DNA from: Gemmatimonadota bacterium
GTDB lineage: Bacteria > Gemmatimonadota > Gemmatimonadetes > Gemmatimonadales > GWC2-71-9
Reading direction: 5' to 3'
NCBI GenBank assembly: GCA_003220795.1
Contig: QHTK01000044.1
Span: 14,673-78,672, forward strand
Length of the DNA stretch: 64,000 bases
Of the stretch, positions 50,972-58,735 are shown piece by piece (position 1 is the stretch's first letter; each line of letters opens with the position of its first letter). The position numbers and the translations under genes were made by a program. Below the pieces are notes generated by a model that was given only the letters and a program-made list of their open reading frames with translations, was not told where the DNA came from and did no database searches.

Positions 50972-51930
50972 ACGGCGGCCGCCCCTCCCCGGCGGAGCCG
51001 CTGCCGCCGCCGCGTGCCGAGCTCGTCGCGCTCGCCGCGGCGGTGCCGCCTGGGATCAAGTTCGGGACGGCGAGCTGGACCGTGGACGGCTGGGCGGGCG
51101 ACGTGTACCACCGGAGTTATCGAGGAGCCCAGCCGGCGGCGCGGCTCGAGGAATACGTGCGGTACCCGCTGTTCCGCACCGTGGGGATCAACTCCGCCTT
51201 CTACGAGTCTCCCTCCGAGCGGATTCTCGATGCGTACGCCCGCGCGCTGCCCGAGGGGTACTCCTGCGTCGTGAAGGTGTGGGACCGGATCACGGCCCGC
51301 CGCTTCATCCGGGACCGGCGCTGGGGACCGCTGGCGGGCCAGCTCAACCCCGATTTCCTGGACGCGCGCCTGTTTCTCGGCAGTGTGCTGGCGCGCTACG
51401 CGCGGGTGTTCAGCCGGCACTCGATCTGTTTCGTGTTCCAGTTCCAGGCGATGCGGGGCGCGGACCTGCTCGATGCCGCAGCGTGGGCCGAGCGACTCGA
51501 TCGATTCTTCGGGCAGCTGCCGCAGGATTTCCGCTACGCGGTCGAGCTGCGGAACGCCGAGCTCCTGACGGACCACCACGGCGCCGTGCTCGAGCGGCAC
51601 GGCGTGGCACACGTGTTCAACTCCTGGACCGAGATGCCGCCAATCGGCACGCAACTGCATCTTCCCTGGACCCTCGCGGCGCCGTTCACCGTCGCGCGCG
51701 CACTCCTCAAGCCGGGGCGGAAGTATGCCGAGGCGGTGCGGGCGTTCGAGCCGTACGACCGTGTGAAAGAAGTGTTACCCGAGTTGCGCCGCGATCTGCT
51801 GCGCCTCATGGGGGAAGCCGAGCGGCGGGGCATCGAGGCACTGATACACGTGAACAACCGGGCCGAGGGGAACGCGCCGGGGACGATCCGGGAGCTGGCC
51901 GAGCAATGGATCAACGGGCGGGGGCCCTGA
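50968..51930 (+). CDS. DUF72 (YecE-like) protein 2, tandem paralogue
   Basis: FGTASWTVDGW, TVGINSAFY, YAVELRN, NNRAEGNAP. GTGA overlap with the upstream gene. Confidence 0.9.
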   Translation: MNGGRPSPAEPLPPPRAELVALAAAVPPGIKFGTASWTVDGWAGDVYHRSYRGAQPAARLEEYVRYPLFRTVGINSAFYESPSERILDAYARALPEGYSCVVKVWDRITARRFIRDRRWGPLAGQLNPDFLDARLFLGSVLARYARVFSRHSICFVFQFQAMRGADLLDAAAWAERLDRFFGQLPQDFRYAVELRNAELLTDHHGAVLERHGVAHVFNSWTEMPPIGTQLHLPWTLAAPFTVARALLKPGRKYAEAVRAFEPYDRVKEVLPELRRDLLRLMGEAERRGIEALIHVNNRAEGNAPGTIRELAEQWINGRGP

Positions 51931-51940
51931 TGCGGGGGCG

Positions 51941-51986
51941 GCCTGCGGCGCGTGGAGTTGCCACGCGTCCGCAGGCGTGCTAGCGT
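51941..51986 (+). promoter_or_regulatory. Hairpin (51941-51976) overlapping a sigma70-like promoter TTGCCA-N17-TAGCGT
   Basis: GCCTGCGGCGCGTGG / CCACGCGTCCGCAGGC inverted repeat, -35 at 51958, -10 at 51981. Confidence 0.5.
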
Positions 51987-52040
51987 ATCATGGTGTAACC
52001 CCCGGAAAACCGCACAAACCGCACGCCGCGGGGGCGGTGC

Positions 52041-52463
52041 ATGAGCGCTAGTCGTCGGGGTGTTCCGACGCTCCCGGTCGAGTTGTTGCGGGACGCCGTC
52101 GGACGGGAAGTCGCGCGGTTGTCGTTACGCGGCGCGGCCAAGGCCATTGCGGTCAGCCCGAACGGGCTGCGCAACTTTTTGAACGGCTCGGCTCCCCGCA
52201 GCGCCACCCGCGCAAAGTTGGAACGCTGGCTCGCCACCCAGGACCGCCCCTCGCGCCCGCCGGGCGTGGGTCAGCTCGTTCGGCTGCTGAGCGAGCTCTC
52301 GGCGGACCTCTCTCCCCAACAGACGGAGCAGCTCGGGCGCGCCATCACGGTGCTGCTCGCCGACGCCTACACGGCGCGTCGGCTCGCGTCGCCCCGGTGG
52401 GTGCAGGAGCTGCTCCGGCATTACCAAACGCGCCGGGGCAAGAGCTCGAGCGAAGTCGCCTAG
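52041..52463 (+). CDS. Hypothetical XRE-like HTH protein, paralogue A
   Basis: SLRGAAKAIAVSPNGLRNFLNG HTH-like pattern, clear similarity to 52835-53254. Confidence 0.75.
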   Translation: MSASRRGVPTLPVELLRDAVGREVARLSLRGAAKAIAVSPNGLRNFLNGSAPRSATRAKLERWLATQDRPSRPPGVGQLVRLLSELSADLSPQQTEQLGRAITVLLADAYTARRLASPRWVQELLRHYQTRRGKSSSEVA

Positions 52464-52519
52464 GGCAGCCCTTGCGGGGGATGCACCCCGGTGGTAGGTA
52501 GTAGGGGAAGACGTGCAGT

Positions 52520-52834
52520 TTGTGCAGTTGTCCCGGAGCCGCGTGGGGAAGCCCACATGTCTGGAGCCTGTTGAAGCGCCGCGCCGCGCGCAGCACCGCA
52601 AGGACAAAGTCCCCCCGCGCGCGGGAGACCGAGCAGAGCTCGAGTGCGAAGGTCAGGGAGATCGTGCGTCTCGTAGAGGCGTTGAGCGGCGATCTCGGCT
52701 CCCATGACGGGGTGGTCGTAGGCCGGGGTATGGCGCAGCTGTTGGTCGAAGCGTATGGGGAGCGACGCGAGCCGGTGCCGAGCTGGGTCAGGGAGCTGCT
52801 CGCCCAATTCGCCCCGGGGACGCCGCGCGTTTGA
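52520..52834 (+). CDS. Paralogue B with the C-terminal domain only (start uncertain, possibly TTG 52571)
   Basis: VREIVRLVEALSGDL..GRGMAQLLVEAY.ERR..P.WVRELL aligns with the C-halves of both neighbours. Confidence 0.6.
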   Translation: MCSCPGAAWGSPHVWSLLKRRAARSTARTKSPRARETEQSSSAKVREIVRLVEALSGDLGSHDGVVVGRGMAQLLVEAYGERREPVPSWVRELLAQFAPGTPRV

Positions 52835-53254
52835 GTGCCACGCCCCCGTGGTAGCGTCGTCCCGACGCTGCCGATAGGCTTGTTGCGCGACGCGGTCGCG
52901 CGGGAAGCCGCGCGCTCCTCCTTGAGAAGCGTTGCGCGAGAGCTTGCCATGAGCCCGAATGGCGTGCGCGACTTCGTGCAGGGTGCGATGCCGCGGGGCG
53001 CCACCCGGCTGAAGGTCGAGCGGTGGCTCGTGTCGCAGGGACGAATCGCCCGACCACCCAACGTCGGCCAGTTCGTCCGGTTATTGAACGAGTTGGCGGG
53101 AGACCTCTCCCCCACGCAAGCGGTTCAGATGGGCCGCCACCTCGCTGCGTTGCTCGTCGAGTCGTACGAGGAGCGCCGACTGGCGCCGCCGCCCTGGGTG
53201 CGGCAGCTGGTTCGCTATTACGAGCCCCCCCGAACCGCGGGCGACGTCGCGTGA
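52835..53254 (+). CDS. Hypothetical XRE-like HTH protein, paralogue C
   Basis: VPTLPIGLLRDAVAREAARSSLRSVARELAMSPNGVRDFVQG. Confidence 0.75.
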   Translation: MPRPRGSVVPTLPIGLLRDAVAREAARSSLRSVARELAMSPNGVRDFVQGAMPRGATRLKVERWLVSQGRIARPPNVGQFVRLLNELAGDLSPTQAVQMGRHLAALLVESYEERRLAPPPWVRQLVRYYEPPRTAGDVA

Positions 53255-53294
53255 GGCGTGCTGCGCGGTCGCCGACCGCTACAACGGGCGGCCG

Positions 53295-54386
53295 TCATAA
53301 CGCCAGCTCGCCCTGCGACGCGGGCAGCCGGCGCTCGTAGCGATCCTGCATTCCTTCGTTCACCGGGAAGCCGTACTTCTGTTGCAGCCGCTGGACGCGT
53401 TGCCGCAGCGCCGCCGCGTATTGTCGCGGTGCGCCCAGCGAGCGCGCGTAGGCGCGACGATACCGCTGCTCCAGCCCGGGAAACTGCTCGCGCAGGAGCG
53501 GCAGGAAGCGATCCCGCACGGCAGGGTAGAGCCGCAGCGCCCCCGCGTGCACGAACCGGGCGCCGGCCTCGCGGGCCGCCTGAAAGAGCGCTTCCAGGTG
53601 GGCCACGTCGTCCGTGATCCCCGGCAGCACCGGCGCCACGATCAGCCCCGCCCGCACGCCCGCGTCGGTGAGCCGTTTCAGCGCGCGCAGCCGGACGCCG
53701 GGCACCGGGGAGCGAGCCTCGATCTTGCGGATCAGCCCAGCGTCGACCGAGATCAGCGAGACGTATACCTCGAGATCGTTCGCATCCTGCAGACGGCGCA
53801 GCACGTCGCGGTCGCGCGCCACGAGCGGGCTCTTCGTGATGAGGCCGACGTTCAAGCCCTCGCAGCGCGCCAGCCGCTCGAGCACGCGGCGCGTGAGCCG
53901 GAAGCGACGCTCGGCGGGCTGGTAGGGGTCCGTCGCGGTGCCGATGACGAGCGGGGCGGTCCCTAAAGGACTGGGCGAGCCGTCAGGCGGACGCGCGGAC
54001 CGGAAGTACCGCTGCAGGTCCCGCTCCAGCGCGGCAAGCAGCCCCTCCTTCACGAAGATGCGCCGCTCAAACGCCTCCCAGCCATGCGGCCCGCGGAAAT
54101 CCTGAAACTCGCTGTCCGAGAGCTTCCCTGCATCGCGCGCGCGCTCGACCACGTAGCGATGTGCGTAGCGCGCATAGCAGTAGCTGCATCCGAACTCGCA
54201 CCCCACGTACGGGTTCAGCGACCAGAAGTCCACGCCCGTTTGCTGCGGGGAATTGAGGATCGACTTGGGCGTGAGCGACACGAACCTCGTGCCGCGCAGG
54301 CGCTCGTCGAGCACCGGCAGCGCCGACGGGCGCATCGCCGGATAGTCGGATAGATGAAGCCCGATCTGCTCGCTGTTACTGTGCAT
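53295..54386 (-). CDS. Radical SAM protein, spore photoproduct lyase-like (Rv2578c/SplB-like)
   Basis: NPYVGCEFGCSYCYAR, TATDPYQPAE, ITKS, APVLPGITD. Confidence 0.9.
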   Translation of the reverse strand: MHSNSEQIGLHLSDYPAMRPSALPVLDERLRGTRFVSLTPKSILNSPQQTGVDFWSLNPYVGCEFGCSYCYARYAHRYVVERARDAGKLSDSEFQDFRGPHGWEAFERRIFVKEGLLAALERDLQRYFRSARPPDGSPSPLGTAPLVIGTATDPYQPAERRFRLTRRVLERLARCEGLNVGLITKSPLVARDRDVLRRLQDANDLEVYVSLISVDAGLIRKIEARSPVPGVRLRALKRLTDAGVRAGLIVAPVLPGITDDVAHLEALFQAAREAGARFVHAGALRLYPAVRDRFLPLLREQFPGLEQRYRRAYARSLGAPRQYAAALRQRVQRLQQKYGFPVNEGMQDRYERRLPASQGELAL

Positions 54387-54392
54387 TGTCGA

Positions 54393-54424
54393 TCCGCCTA
54401 CCCGTCTACCCGTCTATCCGTCTA
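54393..54424. repeat. Intergenic 8-bp tandem array (CCGTCTA-type)
   Basis: TCCGCCTACCCGTCTACCCGTCTATCCGTCTA. Confidence 0.6.
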
Positions 54425-54428
54425 GCAG

Positions 54429-54575
54429 TTACCCGCACCGCGCCCAGCCACACTGCACGCACACCAGGCACCCGGACTGTCGGGTGAGACCCGCGCCGCA
54501 GTCGGGACAGGGTGCCGTCCGAGCGGGTGGAGACGGCGGGGGTACGGGCTTGGGCAACTCGAGCGGCGCGTGCAT
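54429..54575 (-). CDS. 48-aa zinc-ribbon microprotein, absent from the ORF track
   Basis: MHAPLELPKPVPPPSPPARTAPCPDCGAGLTRQSGCLVCVQCGWARCG, with a GGAG RBS upstream. Confidence 0.75.
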   Translation of the reverse strand: MHAPLELPKPVPPPSPPARTAPCPDCGAGLTRQSGCLVCVQCGWARCG

Positions 54576-54618
54576 TCGGAGCTCCGCGATGTTCGCTGCT
54601 CTTGGTTCTGTCTCGCGT

Positions 54619-54637
54619 ACCCGAATATATCCCGAAG
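54619..54637 (-). promoter_or_regulatory. Putative SOS-like operator upstream of the Zn-ribbon / radical SAM operon
   Basis: 19/19 identical to 49947-49965. Confidence 0.75.
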
Positions 54638-54677
54638 CTCTCTATCGGCAAGGCCTGTTACCGGTTAGCGTAAGCGG

Positions 54678-55514
54678 ATGCCAAGCAAGAAGATAGCATT
54701 CCAGGGCGAGCCGGGGGCGTACAGCGAGGAAGCGCTGTTCTTATTGGCTCCTGATGCCGAGTCGCAGCCACACCGTGAGTTCCGCGACGTGGCGCAAGCG
54801 GTGCTCGACCGGCGCGCGCAGTACGGCCTGCTGCCGATCGAGAACTCGCTCGTGGGCTCGATTGCCACCAACTTCGACCTGATCGCCGAGTCGGGCTTGG
54901 CGATCGTGGGCGAGGTGGTGAGCGCGGTGCATCACTGCCTGCTCGGCATACCCGGCGTCGAGCGCGCGGCATTGCGCCGGGTGTTGTCGCACCCGGTAGC
55001 GCTGGCGCAGTGCGAGCGGTTCCTGCGTGAGTTGTCGGGCGTCGAGATCGTCGCGTTCTACGACACGGCGGGTGCGGCGGCGGAGGTCGCCCGGCGCCGC
55101 GATGCGTCGCTCGGCGCCGTGGCGGGCGCGCTCGCGGCGCACCGCTACGGTCTCGACGTGGTGGCGGAGCGGATCGAAGACGAGCCGCACAACCAGACCC
55201 GCTTTTTGCTGGTGGCGCGCGAGGCCACGGCGCCGCCCCCCGACGTCGCGGCGAAAACCACGCTGCGTCTCAAGCTGCCGCACCGTCCCGGGACGCTGGC
55301 GCGCGCGCTCGCGCCGTTCGCCGAGGCGGGGCTCAACCTCACCAAGCTCGAGAGCCGGCCCGACCGTTCGACCCCGTGGGAGTACCTCTTCTATCTCGAC
55401 GTGGAAGCGCGGGCCGACGAGCCCGCGATGCGCGCCGCGCGCGCCGCACTGGCGGCGCAGGGAGCGGTGATCACACTGCTCGGGGAGTACGCGCGCTTCG
55501 CCCCGCGCGCCTGA
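54678..55514 (+). CDS. pheA: Prephenate dehydratase
   Basis: AFQGEPGAYSE, PIENS, SHPVALAQC, NQTRF, LTKLESRP ACT domain. Confidence 0.94.
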   Translation: MPSKKIAFQGEPGAYSEEALFLLAPDAESQPHREFRDVAQAVLDRRAQYGLLPIENSLVGSIATNFDLIAESGLAIVGEVVSAVHHCLLGIPGVERAALRRVLSHPVALAQCERFLRELSGVEIVAFYDTAGAAAEVARRRDASLGAVAGALAAHRYGLDVVAERIEDEPHNQTRFLLVAREATAPPPDVAAKTTLRLKLPHRPGTLARALAPFAEAGLNLTKLESRPDRSTPWEYLFYLDVEARADEPAMRAARAALAAQGAVITLLGEYARFAPRA

Positions 55515-55523
55515 CGCGCGACC

Positions 55524-56969
55524 TCACGTCGTGGGGGTGGGAGCGGGGGCAGGGGTGCCGCCCGCGAACCGCCGCCACGCGAAATACACCGGGACGCCGA
55601 GCGCGACGATGATCAATCCCAACCCCGCGTAGCGCGTCTGCTGGAACAGCAGGTTCACACACAGCACGCCGGTGCCCACCACGTACAGCGCCGGGAGCCA
55701 GGGATAGCCGGCGGCCCGGACCGGGCGCTCGGCGTTGGGGCGCTTCGCCCGCAGCAGGAACAGCCCGATGGCGGTCAGCATGTAGAACAGCAGTGCCGCG
55801 AAGATGACGTAGTTGAGCAGCTCGCTGTAGGTACCGGAGAGGCACAGCAGGCCGGTCCACACCGCCTGCACGACGAGCGCGACGGCGGGGGTCTTGTGTC
55901 CCGGATGCAGCACGCCGATCGAGCGGAAGAACAGATTGTCCTGGGCCATCGCGTAGTAGACCCGGGCGCCCGACAGGATGAGGCCGTTATTGCAGCCGAA
56001 CGTCGAGATCATGATTGCGCCCGCCATCAAATACAGTCCCGCGTTGCCGAACATCGCCTGCAGCGCCGCCGTGCCGACCCGGTCCTGCGGCGCGTGGGCG
56101 ATCGCGTCCGCGGGGAGGACGTTCAGGTAACTCACGTTCGCGAGCAGGTACAGCACCGTCACGATCAGTGTACCGGCCGCCATGGCGATCGGCAGATCGC
56201 GCTTGGCGTCCTTCAGCTCCGAGCCGGCGAAGCCCACGTTATTCCAGGCGTCCATCGAGAACAGCGACCCGACCATCGCCGCGCCGATCACGGGCCACAG
56301 CGCCGCCCCGAGGCCGCCGGCCGGCCAGAACCCGGGCCCGAAGTTTGCCTCGATCGCGGCGGCGTTGCGCCCGATCGTGATCCCGAGGAGAATGAGCGCG
56401 GCGAGCGCCGTCGTCTTGATGGCGGTGAGCGACGTCTGGATGACGGCTGCGGTCTTCACGCCACGTACGTTGATCCCTGTCAACACGATCACCGAGAGGA
56501 TCGCGAGGAGCCGTTGGGGGGAGAGTCCCACCTGGATGGGGCCGCTGCCCAGGTTGATCGTCGTGCCCAGGAAGACGTCGGGGGAGAGGGACGGGAAGAA
56601 CACCGCCGTGAAGCGGGCGAACGCCACGGCCACGGCGGCGATCGTCCCCGTCTGGATCACGAGGAACAGGGTCCACCCGTACAGGTAGCCGAACAGCGGC
56701 GAGATCCCCTCGCGCAGATAGACGTACTGGCCGCCTGCCCGGGGGAACATGGCGGCGAGCTCGCCGTAGCTGAGGGCTCCCATCAGCGTCACGACACCGG
56801 AGAGCGTCCAGACGAGGAGCAGCACGCCGGGAGCGTGCACCTGCCGCAGGATGTCCGCCGAGACGATGAAGATCCCGGAGCCGATCATGGAGCCGACCAC
56901 GAGGGCCGTGGCATCGAGCCGGGAGAGCGCTTTGACGAAGTCGGTCCGCGGCTGTTGCGTGGTCGCCAT
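55524..56969 (-). CDS. APC family amino acid permease
   Basis: GSMIGSGIF, ELAAMFPRAGGQYVYL, multiple TM helices. Confidence 0.92.
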   Translation of the reverse strand: MATTQQPRTDFVKALSRLDATALVVGSMIGSGIFIVSADILRQVHAPGVLLLVWTLSGVVTLMGALSYGELAAMFPRAGGQYVYLREGISPLFGYLYGWTLFLVIQTGTIAAVAVAFARFTAVFFPSLSPDVFLGTTINLGSGPIQVGLSPQRLLAILSVIVLTGINVRGVKTAAVIQTSLTAIKTTALAALILLGITIGRNAAAIEANFGPGFWPAGGLGAALWPVIGAAMVGSLFSMDAWNNVGFAGSELKDAKRDLPIAMAAGTLIVTVLYLLANVSYLNVLPADAIAHAPQDRVGTAALQAMFGNAGLYLMAGAIMISTFGCNNGLILSGARVYYAMAQDNLFFRSIGVLHPGHKTPAVALVVQAVWTGLLCLSGTYSELLNYVIFAALLFYMLTAIGLFLLRAKRPNAERPVRAAGYPWLPALYVVGTGVLCVNLLFQQTRYAGLGLIIVALGVPVYFAWRRFAGGTPAPAPTPTT

Positions 56970-57071
56970 CGGGCGGCTCCTTGTGGGTTGTCGGGCCGTG
57001 GTTAACCTAGTTGCTGCCGCCGGAGGCCGCCATATTCTCCGGCGCCGCTCTCTTCAACCTCGAGGTTCTTC

Positions 57072-57686
57072 GTGCGTCTACTGCCGCGGGAAGAGGAATT
57101 CTTCGACCTGTTCGTCGAGGTCGCCAATCGCAACAAGGAAGCGGCGCACCACCTCCGCGAGCTGTTCGCGGCGCCGCCGGAGCGCCGCACGCCGCACATC
57201 GAGGCGCTCAAGCGGCTCGAGCACGAGGCCGACCAGATCACGCACGAGGTCGTGAACCGGCTGGACCGCACGTTCATCACGCCGCTCGACCGGGAGGACA
57301 TCCATCAACTCGCCTCGGATCTGGACGACGTGATGGACGCGATGGACGGGACCGCGCGGCGCTCGCAGATATTCCGGCTCGGCCTCGCGCCGCAGGGCGT
57401 CAAGCAGCTCACCGAGGTGATCGAGCGGATGGTGGCGGTGCTCGGCGAAGGGGTGGGCCGGCTCAAGAAGGGCGACGACGTGATGCGGTACTGCATCGAG
57501 GCAAAGCAGCTGGAAGAGGAAGGCGACGCGATCTACCACGAGTCGCTCGGCCAGCTGTTCGAGAAGGAGCGCGACGCCCTCGAGATCATCAAGTGGAAAG
57601 AGATCTACGACAACCTCGAGCAGACCCTCGATCAGTCCGAGGACGTCGCCAACGTGCTGGAGTCCATCACGCTCAAGCACGCCTGA
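57072..57686 (+). CDS. DUF47 / PhoU-like phosphate transport regulator
   Basis: EHEAD, TFITPLDREDI, LEEEGD, IKWKEIY. Confidence 0.9.
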   Translation: MRLLPREEEFFDLFVEVANRNKEAAHHLRELFAAPPERRTPHIEALKRLEHEADQITHEVVNRLDRTFITPLDREDIHQLASDLDDVMDAMDGTARRSQIFRLGLAPQGVKQLTEVIERMVAVLGEGVGRLKKGDDVMRYCIEAKQLEEEGDAIYHESLGQLFEKERDALEIIKWKEIYDNLEQTLDQSEDVANVLESITLKHA

Positions 57687-58723
57687 TGACGCACGGCGCG
57701 TCGTTCGTGCTCGCGGTCGTCGTGATCGCGCTCGCCTTCGATTTCATCAACGGATTCCACGACGCGGCGAACTCCATCGCCACGGTCGTCTCGACGCGTG
57801 TGCTGTCGCCCTCCGCCGCCGTCGTCTGGGCGGCGGCGTTCAACTTCATCGCCGTCTTCCTGTTCGGGACGGCGGTCGCGAAGACCATGGGGAAAGGGCT
57901 GGTGGATCTCGCGGTCGTTGATGCCAACGTCATCCTCGCCGGACTCGTGGGGGCGATCGTGTGGGACGTCATCACGTGGTGGCTGGCGCTGCCGACGTCG
58001 TCGTCCCATGCGATCATCGGCGGCTACGGAGGGGCGGCCGTGGCGAAGGCGGGCTTCACCGCGCTGTTGTTCCCCGGCAAGTGGATCTCCACCTTGGAGT
58101 TCATCGTCATCGCGCCGGTGATGGGCCTGACGATCGCGCTGGTGCTCACCGTCGCGCTGTCTTGGATGCTGCGGCGCTCGCTGCCGCGTCGGGTGGACCG
58201 CGTGTTTCGCGTGCTGCAGCTCGGGTCGGCCGCCGCATATTCCCTGGGGCACGGGTCCAACGACGCGCAGAAGACGATGGGCATCATCGTCGGCTTGTTG
58301 GTCGCCGAGCAGCAGTTGTTCGCGGGCTCGCCGATCAGCGCACTCCATTTGACGGATGCAGCCGTGGTGCCGGCGTGGGTCATCGTCGCGTGTGGCGCGG
58401 CGATGGGGCTCGGCACCATGTCGGGCGGCTGGCGCATTGTGAAGACCATGGGCCAGCGCCTCACCAAGCTCACGCCGTTCGGGGGCTTCTGCGCCGAGAC
58501 GAGCGGCGCCATCACCCTGTTCGTGGCGTCGCACTTCGGCATCCCCGTCAGCACGACGCACACCATCACCGGCGCGATCTCGGGCGTCGGCGCGGCACAG
58601 CGGCTGTCGGCGGTGCGCTGGGGCGTCGCGGGACGGATCGTCTGGGCGTGGCTGCTGACGATCCCCGCGTCGGCGGGCATCGCGGGGCTGGCCTATCTGG
58701 TCTTGCGCGGCTTAATCCGCTGA
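57686..58723 (+). CDS. pit: Inorganic phosphate transporter (PiT)
   Basis: NGFHDAANSIAT, HGSNDAQK, PVSTTH. Confidence 0.93.
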   Translation: MTHGASFVLAVVVIALAFDFINGFHDAANSIATVVSTRVLSPSAAVVWAAAFNFIAVFLFGTAVAKTMGKGLVDLAVVDANVILAGLVGAIVWDVITWWLALPTSSSHAIIGGYGGAAVAKAGFTALLFPGKWISTLEFIVIAPVMGLTIALVLTVALSWMLRRSLPRRVDRVFRVLQLGSAAAYSLGHGSNDAQKTMGIIVGLLVAEQQLFAGSPISALHLTDAAVVPAWVIVACGAAMGLGTMSGGWRIVKTMGQRLTKLTPFGGFCAETSGAITLFVASHFGIPVSTTHTITGAISGVGAAQRLSAVRWGVAGRIVWAWLLTIPASAGIAGLAYLVLRGLIR

Positions 58724-58735
58724 CGGCGACGTGCG

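Noticed and set aside
54406-54651. 81-aa ORF from the track upstream of the radical SAM gene
   Set aside because: It starts across the operator and has no motif. The overlapping Cys-rich 48-aa frame is far more plausible.
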